From Octopus sinensis (taxonomy: Eukaryota), in assembly GCF_006345805.1 (NCBI RefSeq), contig NW_021834099.1:1-26978 (forward strand): a stretch of 26,978 nucleotides of DNA, in the 5' to 3' direction. Each line of letters opens with the position of its first letter. Positions within the stretch are counted from its first letter, which is position 1. The notes under the pieces were generated by a model. The model saw nothing but the letters and a program-made list of their open reading frames with translations. It was not told the origin of the DNA and made no database searches. The position numbers were made by a program, and so were the translations under genes. Of the stretch, positions 1 through 10,711 are shown piece by piece.

Positions 1-2038
1 CCACATTTGTTTGCAAGTGGGTAATCCTCTGTTTTCAATTTCTGGGTTCATAGGATTATGCTCAAGGTGGCTTCGTCATTCTTACGTGCCATCATTGCTA
101 CAGTCACCCATCTTTTTTTTAGAACATTCGCTTGACAAAACTTGCCTCTCTACTCTCACTTTCCTTTTCAAGTGGTACTTGAAGAAGTTGATGAGAGATT
201 GACCAGAGAGGAAAGTGTTTCTCTCCAATCCTTTCAGACGCGTCCACCAGATACATTCTTTCGCCATAGTCACAAGGATGATGAAAATAGCTCTTCCTTC
301 CCGTTTGAAGGAAGGAGGCGTGACAATATTGACAATAGACTCAGCTGATAAACCAACTCGTCCCACACGTAACAGCAGTTGTTCGACATAGCCCACAGGT
401 CGGAAATTGTTGGACACTGCACGAGTGCGTGCAGAACGGTTTCGTCGCTCTGACCGCATCTCGGGCAGGTCGGCCCCGTGTTTCTCGAGCCGTGTCTGTA
501 GAGCTTATCCCGAACGGGTAGCGCTTCTCGGTAGCACTGCCAGGCCAGGGATCTCTGGAAGTTGTCCATGGGCCCTGGCCCGAAAGTAGTCCCGAACAGG
601 CGGGTCAGGTATTCCTCGTCGACGTCCAGGTTCGCCCCGAGCTCATCGTCGTACCTCCCCTCCACTAATCCCCTATAGAATGCTTTGGTTGTGATGGAGT
701 CACTCAAGGTTGACCCAGGACGGCAGAGTTGCTTGAGAGCAACGCGACACTCGCGATGCCATTCGCCCTTCCTCGGCCTCTTTTTGATCTACAATTGCAT
801 TTCGGTCAAGGAGACGAGCTGCGGGAACGCGTGCCTCACAAACGGTGACCACACCTGTTCACCGTCGTCTACGAAGAGCCTGAGATGTCGCAGTCTCAGC
901 GCATGTCTGCGCATCATCAACCACGGCATGCCCAGCCCTCCTTTTAACGGGAGTTGGCAGCAAATGAATCGTCTGACCATCGGGACGCATCCTTTCCACA
1001 AGAAGCGAAAGAGAATACGTTCTAGTTTGGTGACGGTAGGGTCGGAACAAGGCACGACGGTCAGGCGGTAGTAGATGATGGACGCGATGTACGTGTTCGC
1101 CACCTCCGCCCGACCTTTTAGGGACAGTTTCCTCTCGGCCCATTGCTGGGCGAGAGTGACTACCCTACTCGTTATCTCGTCCCAGTTCTTCTCCATTTGG
1201 AGGTCCGGACTGAACCAGACCCCGAGCAACTCGACCGGACCGTCGGTCCAGCGTCCCACAACGGAGGCGCTGGTGGACGGCATGGGTTTGCTTCTCCAGG
1301 TGCCTAGTCGCAAGCCCACTGACTTTTCCCGGTTGATTTTTGCTCCTGTCACTGCTTCGTAGTTTTTCAGTGTCTCGCCGACCTGCTCGATGTGCTCGTG
1401 GCTAGACACTATGACGGTGACGTCGTCCGCGTATGCAGACACGCTCGTCCCGCATCCCAGTTCTCACGGGATGCCCCTCAGAGTTGCCAGCTTCCGCAAT
1501 AGTGGCTCGAGAGTCAATACGTATAGAAGCGACGAGAGGGGGCATCCCTGATGAACTGAACGTGCGATGTCGAAAGGTCTCGATAGATGTCCATTTACGC
1601 GAACTACCGAACGGATGCCTCTGTACAAAGTGGCTATCCAGCCGCGGAAGACGGGACCGAAGCCAGCCGCTCTGAGGACTGCCTCCAAGTATCGATGGTC
1701 TACCTATCGAAAGCTTTCGATTGATCAGCGCCCCACCCATGCCAGGTTCGTTAACTACCCTGTCTAGATGAGGTAGCGCATCAGGTGGAGGTTGTCATGG
1801 ATGTCCGGTCCGGCACGGTGCACGTTTGCGCCTTGTCAACCAGTTTTTCGATGACAAGCGCCAACCTCTTGGCTAACACCTTGGCCAAAATCTTCAAGTC
1901 TGCATTAAGCAGAGTGATGGGCCTAAAGTTATCTATTACATTTCCCTTGTTTAGATCTTTCTTCAGCAGTGTTACTGCTCCTCGGCTCACAAAACCGGAA
2001 TGCTCCCGTTTTGCTGCCAGTTCCAGTACACCGCGGCC
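1..2038 (-). mobile_element. Tx1/L1-clade non-LTR retrotransposon, ORF2 3' part (RT, thumb, zf-RVT-like Cys motif), frameshifted
   Basis: Minus-strand ORFs in order: NFRPITLLNADLKILAKVLAKRL (1781-1990); QGCPLSSLLYVLTLEPL (1464-1688); AYADDVT...KINREKS...LLGVWF...GGLG (789-1442); CPRCGQSDETVLHALVQCP (270-707). This segment is much more GC-rich than its flanks. The RT stops abruptly at the (AAT)n array at 2039. Confidence 0.9.
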
Positions 2039-2211
<173 letters not shown>

Positions 2212-2382
2212 AGAAAAAAACCCTTTTTTTTTAGACATTCATTAGTACAACATCCCCACCCCCTGAATATATGGCACACTAGGCATAACAACAACATGGA
2301 CTTCCAACCCTGTTGTCTCTTGAGGTCTCTGGGTGAGACTTGGAGCCAACTTGTACAAATATAAAGCAAAAGTCAAACATAG
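2212..2382 (+). mobile_element. 5'-truncated copy of the R4/Dong-like element 3' UTR
   Basis: Reverse complement of about 15470-15650, which directly follows the RLE ORF stop (e.g. agacattcattagtacaaca...caaaagtcaaacatag). Confidence 0.85.
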
Positions 2383-2521
2383 AATAATAATAATAATAAT
2401 AATAATAACAATATTAATAATAATAATAATAATAATAATAATGATGATAATAATAATAATATTAATAATGATAATAATGATAATAATAATAATAATAATA
2501 ATAATAGTAATGATAATAATG

Positions 2522-2552
<31 letters not shown>

Positions 2553-2590
2553 TAATAATAATAATAATAATTATAATAATAATAATAATA
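2383..2590 (+). repeat. (AAT)n microsatellite with GAT/ATT variants
   Basis: Seen directly in the sequence. Confidence 0.98.
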
Positions 2591-3147
2591 AAATGCCCTG
2601 ATGCAGTACCAGGCAGTGGCTCTCATGGCTTCTGATCTTAACTGATTGCAAGTGTTATCATGTACATTGTTTTGTCTTGGTATAAAAGATGGGCTACAGC
2701 AAATATTCTGCTCAATACCACAGATTTGCTTGTCAGTTGTTTGACCATAACCAGTTGAGCATGTCCCTTAGTGGCTGACGATATGTGCATCTCTGATCAC
2801 GAGCAAGAAGTAGTGGGGGAGCATCATAGCCATGTGTTGAGAGGGATTCTTTGGGGTTTGAATAATTCACCTCTGGAAACATGGGTGGTTCTTTCAACAT
2901 CCTTAAACAATCCTTATTCAGGGACCTTTTGAGCGGGATGGGCTACTCAACCTGAAGAAAATTCTAACTGGGCCCCACCCGCAAGGTCATGTGGTTTATC
3001 TTGATATGAGATCACCATGTCGCGCACATATGGTTGTGATGCATGTGCCTGGTGTACCTTTATCAGACGGGTAGTCATGATGGGTATATTGGGCTTCGTA
3101 TATTTTACCCCAGTGTCACTTTGATGGCATGAACTGCTCTCTCACTC
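2591..3147 (+). mobile_element. ~557-bp non-coding interspersed unit flanked by (AAT)n; probably the distal 3' UTR of the R4/Dong-like element
   Basis: Near-identical inverted copy at 14867-15424 (roughly 95% by eye). Begins aaatgccctgatgcagtacc and ends ctctctcactc(AAT)n. Confidence 0.8.
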
Positions 3148-3200
<53 letters not shown>

Positions 3201-3277
3201 TGATAATAATAATAATAATAATAATGATAATAATAATAATGATAATAATAATGATAATAATAATAATAATAATAATA
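3148..3277 (+). repeat. (AAT)n microsatellite / element tail
   Basis: Seen directly in the sequence. Confidence 0.98.
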
Positions 3278-3354
3278 AAATCCAAAGTAATTAATGTGGT
3301 AAATATGCAGCATCAGCAGAAGATGGGAGAAAATAAAATTCATTATTTAGTTAG

Positions 3355-3530
3355 GCCTGTTTACATTCTGAGTTCAAATTCTATTGAAATTGATTTTTTG
3401 ACTTTCATTTCTTCAAGGCCAGTAAAAGAGAGAACCCATCTTGGGTCATTGATATTGACATTGCCCCTCCTCTCAAAATTGTGCCTGATTTATTACAAAT
3501 GTGACCAATGTTCAAATCTTTATTATTAGA
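3355..3530 (+). mobile_element. Degenerate tRNA-derived SINE fragment, same family as 22020-22215
   Basis: B-box-like acattctgagttcaaattct followed by gactttcatttcttc and cccctcctctcaaaatt, colinear with the 22 kb copy. Confidence 0.5.
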
Positions 3531-3681
3531 AACATATTTTTAAAATTTTGAAAAATTGCTCATTTTCTTCAAAATATACTTCTGGTTTGTTTTTTTTCTT
3601 TACTTTTTTGTTCTTTTATTAAGTGCACTAATTTGATTTTGTTTGTTTTTCTTTTAACTCTTTATGTTCTGAAATTCCTAG

Positions 3682-3936
3682 ATTCTCCAGAAGACAGTAT
3701 GATACTAGATGTTTCTGGAGGAAAAGTATGTGTTGATACTCCAACCAAATTCCACTGCAGTTGGAAAGGTGGTAATCCACCAGCAAGTGTAACCCTGAAG
3801 TATGAAAAATACTCAAATACTAGTAAAGAAGAAGTTGAAATTAATGTAATACCTTCCAAATCTCATCAAACAGTCAAGTGTCTGGGCATTCATATTGCTG
3901 CAAATGTGTCTCGTGAAAAGAATTTAACTATTCATT
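3682..3936 (+). CDS. Internal exon A of a multi-Ig-domain cell-surface or secreted protein (one Ig-like domain, C2-set-like)
   Basis: Pyrimidine-rich acceptor ending ttcctag|AT; donor T|gtgagt; 255 nt, phase 1-1. Peptide SPEDSMILDVSGGKVCVDTPTKFHCSWKGGNPPASVTL...QTVKCLGIHIAANVSREKNLTIH has the Ig Cys pair and a GGNPP motif. Confidence 0.88.
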
Positions 3937-4334
3937 GTGAGTATAAGTGGAGCATCTTTTGAAATTTTTTATCTTCTATTTTTATCATTTTCTTTTTTTA
4001 ATTCCAATATGAAAAAAAAATTTTAACTGTACGATTCTAGTCTTTTGTATATGTTGGTTGGTTTGGCTGTAGGTTTTTGAGTGAAGGGAGAAAATATATA
4101 ATATCCTGTGATTCCAAACCAGGTGAGCATTGTTTTATTCTTCTGGAACTATGTATCTAATTGCATTGTTGGAATTTGTGTAGTTTTATCATGCAAGTTG
4201 AATATACAGAGGAAATAAACTTATGGTCAAATGCCATTATAAATAGTGCCCCAGCATGACCAGAACTTTGAAGCTGAAACAGTTTAAAGATTTAAAGACT
4301 TATGGCTAAATATCTGGGAGCTCTTTAAATTTTA

Positions 4335-5600
4335 TTTAGGAAAAGAGATCAGTAATTAGAGGGATATCAAATTACTGGACTAGTTCATCAAAGTCAGAAA
4401 AAGAGTTATAGCTCTGTTGATAATTGACAGTTAAACTAGATGAGATGCAGTTCAGTTTTGTTCTGGAAAAAAGAAGTACTGATATCATATTCCTAGTCAG
4501 TCAACAAGTGAAGAACCTGTTGACCTAGAGAAAGCCTTTGACAGAGGTTACTCATTTGGGGATCTAGTAATTATTGATGAAGCTAGGAGTATAATAATTG
4601 CTTATGTGAGCCATACAATCCATATACAGGTGTATTGTCAGCAATATGAGAAATAGCGATGAGTACAGTGATGACTTTAGTGTCTAGGTAGGATACCATC
4701 AGTGCTTAGTCTCTTTCTATTTATCAAAGACCTCCAGGGGAGTTTAAGATTAGGTGTCTACAGGAATTCTTATTTGCTCATGTTCTCTTTTTTATGGCTG
4801 AAGCTGGAGTAAGACTGGGAAAACATTACAGGTGTGAAAGCAAAGCATGGAATCAAAGGGCCTCATTACCTTGGTAAACATTCAAATCTTAGTAAATCAG
4901 AAAACATACAAGACCCTTCGTCCATCTGGATAATTACCTTGTTTCATATGTAAAAAAAGGAATGGGTGGAAAGTTGATATAGTGTATCCAGTGCAAACTG
5001 TGTATGTGCAAGAGATACAATGGAATTATGGGTAGGTTGACAAAGTGGACATTGTATGTAGCAGGTGTGCTGGAGCAATAAACTTTAAGTGAACATGAGA
5101 AATGATGCCTTCAAAAGCCCAGGAAGATTTCTAGATGTAATAGAGAGCTTTTGTTATCTAGGTGATCAAAACAGTATTGGTGGAAGTTGTTCTCAAAGTG
5201 TAGTAGCCAATGTAAAATCTGAGTAGAGAAAGTCCATGGATTTATTACTTCTGTCATAAGCATAAAGTTTTTCTCTCAGTGTGAAAAGCTGACCTTATGA
5301 TGCTTTTTTCAACTTGAAATGCTCCATGATCGTGAGACATGAGCCTTGAATGTGGAGGACCTGAAAAGACTAGAAATAGATAAAGCATTCATGCTCCACT
5401 GGATATGCAATGTTAGTGTGCAAAACTGATGGAATACAAATGTGTTGAGGGAACAACTGGCCAAGAATTAAATGTAGTATACATTAGTTTGGGTATGTGA
5501 TATGTATGGATGAAGACAGTTGTATAGAAAAGTAATGATCACTCACAGTAGATGAAACCTGTGTGAGAGAAAGACATGGGATGAGGATGCTGGCACTCAT
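4335..5600 (+). mobile_element. Highly degenerate RTE-clade LINE ORF2 fragment
   Basis: Recognisable remnants: IKLLD, LDEMQFSFV, DLEKAFDR, Cys cluster at 4940-5068, LDVIESFCYLGDQ. Many stops and frameshifts; colinear with 11420-12362 and 24895-25943. Confidence 0.75.
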
Positions 5601-6716
5601 GGAAGAGATGACAAACCAAGTTGATTAGTGATATGCAGCACTCAACATGATTTACCTTCCTATGATTGCACATCATGGCTAAGGCTCTCAAAGCGTAATA
5701 TATATATATATGTACACTATGCACCTGAGTCTCCACCATCTATCCAGAGAACTGAGTTCCCCCTCCAAGCCACTTCCATTCTCCTCATTCTAACAATTGA
5801 CAATCCCTACCTCACCCTTGTTAATATCCATCTTAAACTCTCATCTTCATTTGTAACTTCTGGATCGCTGCCACTTCCTATTGATACTCATTCCTCATTT
5901 TTGTCATCCATGACTACATTCCTTTCCTTGTTGGTTTCCAATTTTCACATTCACTTCACTCACAACCTCAACTCCACTTCTGTCATCCTGTCCTCACATC
6001 TCACTCGCAATCTCTAATTCTACATCCAGTATCCTATCCCCTCAGTCTCCTCCACTTGCAACCTGAGTTCTATCCCTCATCACTCTATCACACATCCCTC
6101 TATCATTTCCCAATATACTACATTTTTCTGCTCTTGTAAGAAACTGATATAGAACCTGCTTCTATGCACCATACCATTGCCATCTCTGTACTGCTGATCA
6201 CCACTCTTCTCCTCCATACTATTCTCAGTCAGTCTTCATTCCTCATTCTCAATTGCACCCCACTCATACTGGTTCCCTCCGCCCTTCTTCACCCTTCTCT
6301 ACATTTACCTTCTATATACTACTGACCTCATTCACCTCATGTTTATATCCACCTCACTCTCCTTTCACACTCTTACAGCCTTATCTGCAAACCTTCATTA
6401 TTCTCCTCTATCCTTCTCTCTTCCATTTATCTCTTGGACATGTTACCATGCATGTATGTTCTGTTACCTTGTCATCACCATTTTTACCTCTTGAGTCCCA
6501 TTCCAGTCCTTCCCACCCATTGATGCAAAATAAATAGTTGCCACACATCTTTCTGCCACCCTCCATCTCAACACCTTTAACATCTCAACTCCTTGCTTAA
6601 AGCATCCACCCTATCTCTTATCTTCCCCATTAGTTGAATAGCTCTTCAGTCTTGCAAGTTACAAAGGAACTTCATTAGAGTTGATGCTATGAAAATAGCG
6701 CCAAGTCAACTCTGTA

Positions 6717-6870
6717 AAGTGGTTGGCATTAGGAAAGGTATACAGAAAGCATGCTAAAACTGACTTTTAAGCAAGATGTGGTTCTCTGGCCTGCAGGGCC
6801 TTGTTAAAATGTATTGTCCATGCTAGCATGGAAAGCAGACACAAGATGATAGTGGCAGTGGAAGTGGCAG
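6717..6870 (+). mobile_element. Short degenerate copy of the RTE 3' tail or an RTE-mobilised SINE
   Basis: gtggttggcattaggaaagg...catgctagcatggaaagc matches the 3' UTR at 26600-26720. Confidence 0.65.
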
Positions 6871-7767
6871 CAATGATGATTATCATCCTCTCTATGATGA
6901 TAGTGCATGTCTGTTTTGAGGAAGATATATACATATTAAGAATCCATATGTCAGAAAAAAATAAGCTCACTTATATTTGTTAATAGTCAAAATGTACTGT
7001 ATTATAGATCCATTACAGCTAATCTTACCACTTGGTTTTACTCTGGGAATTAAAATGGATATTAGATAACAGCACAATTAAAAAATTCTCTGTGCTCTTG
7101 AGATCTGGTAGGTATGGAAAAAATATCTGTTTTGAGGAAGGTAAAAAAGAAATTTATAATGTAATGCAATTTATGAAGTTTTGCAAAATGTAGGTAAAAC
7201 ATTATGAAAAGCCTGCACCAACAAATTTTCATAAATTCCTTTTTTTAAAACACCTATATTGTGGTATTTCAGTTTGACATTAAACTTCCCTTATTTTATT
7301 ACAATTCTATCATTATCAGCAGTCCCAATTTACAAAAATGTAATATTTCATCATACATATTTTTATTTTATTTTATTTAATGATAGTAGTTGTGGAACTT
7401 ATGTAGGCTTATATTCAATGTTGCCTTTTATTCTGCATCCTTTTCCTGAAACTTTGTGTCTTGCTAATTAAATTTTGCCAGCATCTTCAAAACTTAAATG
7501 GTAGTCTGATGAAATTCTTGGATACAAGTATTTTTTATATAGATGTGTATTTTCTAATATATTGGTTAGGATTTGAAAATTTGTATTGGACATTTCTTTC
7601 AGTGTAAAAGATTGCAATACTAATAGAATTTATTTAAAATTTTCTCATTTTTTACGCATCACTTTATATTTAATGCAACTTGGAATATTAATTGCCAATG
7701 TAATAGCAAAAAATAAAATATCTTTATGCAAGTATTTACGTAAATAATCTGATTTCCTTTTATACAG

Positions 7768-8019
7768 ATCCACCTAAAACAATAGAAATCAAGGCTGATG
7801 AACCCTTTCTTGAAGGTGACAATGGCATTTTGCATTGTAAGGCAATAAATGAATATCCAGAAAAGTACAGCTACAGGTGGGATCCAAGTAACAAAACCTC
7901 ACAAAATTTCACATTTCCTCAACTCAATCGAACACACAATAATGAGGTTTACACTTGTTATGCTTCTAACAAGTGCAGTAAAAGAGAATTACATAAAAGA
8001 CATTGGATCAATGTAGAAT
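7768..8019 (+). CDS. Internal exon B of the Ig-domain gene (one Ig-like domain)
   Basis: Acceptor ttccttttatacag|AT; donor T|gtaagt; 252 nt, phase 1-1. Peptide (Y)PPKTIEIKADEPFLEGDNGILHCKAINEYPEKYSYRW...EVYTCYASNKCSKRELHKRHWINVE has the Ig Cys/Trp/YxC pattern and is in frame with exon A. Confidence 0.92.
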
Positions 8020-8214
8020 GTAAGTTGAAAGCTTAAAATTCTATTACAAACCTGTAAAATAATTTATTTATATTCATTACATTTCATCTTTGTTAATTTT
8101 GCTTTTTACCCCAAAATCTTCACATAGTTGTTTTCTTTGTTTTTCTAAAATAAATTGTTTAATAAAAATACAAATTGTAGGTTGTAAAATTTATTTCAAC
8201 CTATCAACTTTTAA

Positions 8215-8380
8215 ACAGTATACAGCTGTACATTATTTACATTTGACGGATATTTGTCCTCATCTTGCTTGTCTTGTTAACACAATGTTTTGGCTGATAT
8301 ACCCTCATTTCGCCTGGAATTGAACTCGGAATCTGGGGTTAGTAGCCTGTGCGCGCACTTAACCACTGTGCCATAAGCCC
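8215..8380 (-). mobile_element. tRNA-derived SINE-like element with Pol III A and B boxes
   Basis: Minus strand reads TGGCACAGTGGTTAAG (A box), then ggCT-ACT-AAcc (anticodon-loop-like), then GAGTTCAATTCC (B box) within 8311-8376. The acceptor stem is not intact, so this is not called a functional tRNA. The outer boundary is approximate. Confidence 0.65.
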
Positions 8381-9072
8381 GTGGGCAGTTATGGAGTGAA
8401 TTTTTGGGCTTATAAATCTAATATTTTCCTACCCTTCCTTAATACCATTTTGCATATGCTACTTATTGGATTAAGAACAGAACAAGGAGATAAGCCCTGC
8501 TTTCCCAGGAATTACTGGGTACATCAGCTAATATATATATAGATAGATAAAACATAATAGCTTCCCTTGAACCATTTAGTTTCATTTTGGTTGACAAACA
8601 AATGAATTAACTCTCTCTTTTATATATATAGATACATATAAATAAATTTTGCATTTTAAATGCCTTTGGTGAAAATTTTCAGGGTGCATAAAAGGACAAT
8701 TTGTGAACTACATAGCGATTTACTGGAATATTCAAATATACACAGAAAATATATTTATGTTTACTATGTATATGTGTGTGTGCATGCATGCATTAAAAAT
8801 ATTCATTTATTTTAAAATTCAATATTACTAATAATAATAATCATGAATAATGAATTTAATACTTTGTAAGAGGAACTATTTACTGAATAAAATGAAATAA
8901 AATTAAAGTGAAAGAGAAATAAAGTTTATGTTCATGTTTGTATATGTGTGTGCGCATGTCTATGCTCATATTTATATATACGCACGCACACACACACACA
9001 GACGCACATACACAGGTACAGATATACATACACACAATAATTATGGATGCCAATGGTTTATAAGTCAACTTA

Positions 9073-9348
9073 AAGGGTAAAGACCCCCTTCGGTCATGAA
9101 TGACCATGGGATTGCACCTAGAAAGTTACCCTCCTAGACACAAGTCCGGGCGAGGTTGTTTATGGAAGACCAGCAGTCGCCCATGCATACCAGCCTCCCC
9201 TCTCCACGCCACCAGTGTTATCCAAGGGAAAGACAAAGGTCGATACAGCTTGGCACCAGTGACGTCGCAACTCATTTCTACAGCTGAGTGAACTGAAGCA
9301 ACGTGAAATAAAGTGCCTTGCTCAAGAACACAATACGCAGCCCGGTCC
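9073..9348 (-). mobile_element. 5'-truncated SINE with a CORE-like domain and a 14-bp target-site duplication
   Basis: Minus strand ttgtgttcttgagcaaggcactttatttcacgttgcttcagttcactcagctgtagaaatgag resembles the tRNA-end plus CORE start of MIR-like SINEs. TATAAGTCAACTTA occurs at 9059-9072 and 9365-9378. Confidence 0.75.
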
Positions 9349-9536
9349 GTAACATATATACACATATAAGTCAACTTACATGTGTATATATGTTACTTTC
9401 TAAGTTTTTATTAATGTACATAAATACATAAGAGTAACAATAAAAGTTCATTCACACATTATTTGATATTATATTGAAGTTTAATAATAATAATGATAAT
9501 AATCAACTAAATTATAGAAGAGTAAAAGTACATGAT

Positions 9537-9920
9537 TAAAATATATAATAAAATAAAATAAATAAGGTAGCAGAAATAATGAATATAGAATAAATAGGAT
9601 AAGGATAAAAAATAGAAATAAAGGGGAAGTAAAATTTGTTTATGCGTGAATGCATGTGCGTGTATATGCATACATGGATTATATTATGTGTATGTGGATA
9701 TCTATATATGGATAACATTGTTGGTATTTATAAAACATAATAAATAAAATAAAATAAGGTAAATAAGTAAGCAGAAATAAGGAATAAAGAATGAATAAAA
9801 ATATAAAGGTGAAATAAATTTGCTTATGTGTTTATGCACGTGAATACATGTATGGGTGTATCTTGTTTATATATTAGTATCTCTATATGCACTTGAATAT
9901 ACAGATGTTTATTTCTAGTT
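9537..9920. repeat. Degenerate AT-rich tandem duplication, two ~190-bp units
   Basis: The series aaataaaataaataagg..agcagaaataa.gaata..gaat..ata..aaattt..ttatg appears twice, starting near 9537 and 9731. Confidence 0.55.
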
Positions 9921-9946
9921 ATTTCATTAGTTCATTAGTTTATATT

Positions 9947-10711
9947 TCCACACCCTAGCGGTTGAGGGAACCTGTGGAAGAGGTAGACCCAGGAAGACCT
10001 GGGATGAAGTGGGGAAGCACGACCTTCGAACTTTAGGCCTCACCAAGGAAATGACTAGTGACCGAGACCTTTGGAAATATGCTGTGCTTGAGAAGACCCG
10101 GCAAGCCAAATGAGACCATAACCTCGTTTGCCTGTGCCAGGGGTGTAACCAGCCCACGTGTGCGTACCTTTTCTTTCTCTGAACACTAATCTCTGCTTGC
10201 GAAGACCTGTTGAGGCAAGTGAAATCAAAACAGAAATCAAAATCAAAGTAAAATTCGATGACGGGCACGAGCACCATATGAGCGTGGTCGTTGCCAGCTT
10301 CGCCTTACTGGCACTTGTGTCCTGTGCTAGTAGGGTGCTAAGAGCACCATCTGAGTGTGATCATTGCCAGAGCGGCTATCTGGCTTATAGGAGGCATGTA
10401 GGAGGCACCATTCGAGCGGGATCGTTACCAGCATCTCCTTACTGGCACCTGTGCCGTTGGCATGTGTAAAAACAAATTCGAGCGAGGTCGTTGCCAGTAC
10501 TGCCTGTCTGGCCCCCATGCCAGTGGCACGTAAAAGCACCCACTACACTCTCAAAGTGGTTGGCATTCGGAAGGGCATCCAGCTGTAGAAACTCTGCCAG
10601 ATCAAGACTGGAGCTTGGTGCAGCCATCTGGTTCACCAGCCGACAGTCAAACCGTCCAACTCATACAAGCATGGAAAGCGGACGTTAAACGACGATGATG
10701 ATGATGATGAT
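9947..10711 (+). mobile_element. RTE-clade LINE 3' end: last ORF2 codons, 3' UTR and (GAT)n tail
   Basis: LAVEGTCGRGRPRKTWDEVGKHDLRTLGLTKEMTSDRDLWKYAVLEKTRQAK* ends at about 10113; the UTR ends ggacgttaaacgac(GAT)n; homologous to 25785-26755. Confidence 0.88.

Noticed and set aside
2770-2890. CTGACGA ... GAAA in the 557-bp unit as a possible hammerhead
   Set aside because: Helix II does not pair, and the second copy lacks the GAAA
3633-3962. Treating track ORFs 3633-3962, 7830-8036 and 22467-22889 as complete single-exon genes
   Set aside because: Strong splice sites cut each one; the extra residues are intronic read-through
5750-6700. Pyrimidine-rich ~1-kb tract, possibly an ancient minus-strand LINE
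   Set aside because: No convincing protein motif could be read in any frame
8311-8376. Functional tRNA-Ser gene
   Set aside because: A and B boxes are present but the acceptor and anticodon stems do not pair properly and there is no long variable arm; treated as SINE-derived
10270-10535. Repeat-and-variable-loop pattern resembling a CRISPR array
   Set aside because: Eukaryotic intron, degenerate repeats, variable parts only about 10 nt, no cas genes, and it lies inside a LINE 3' UTR
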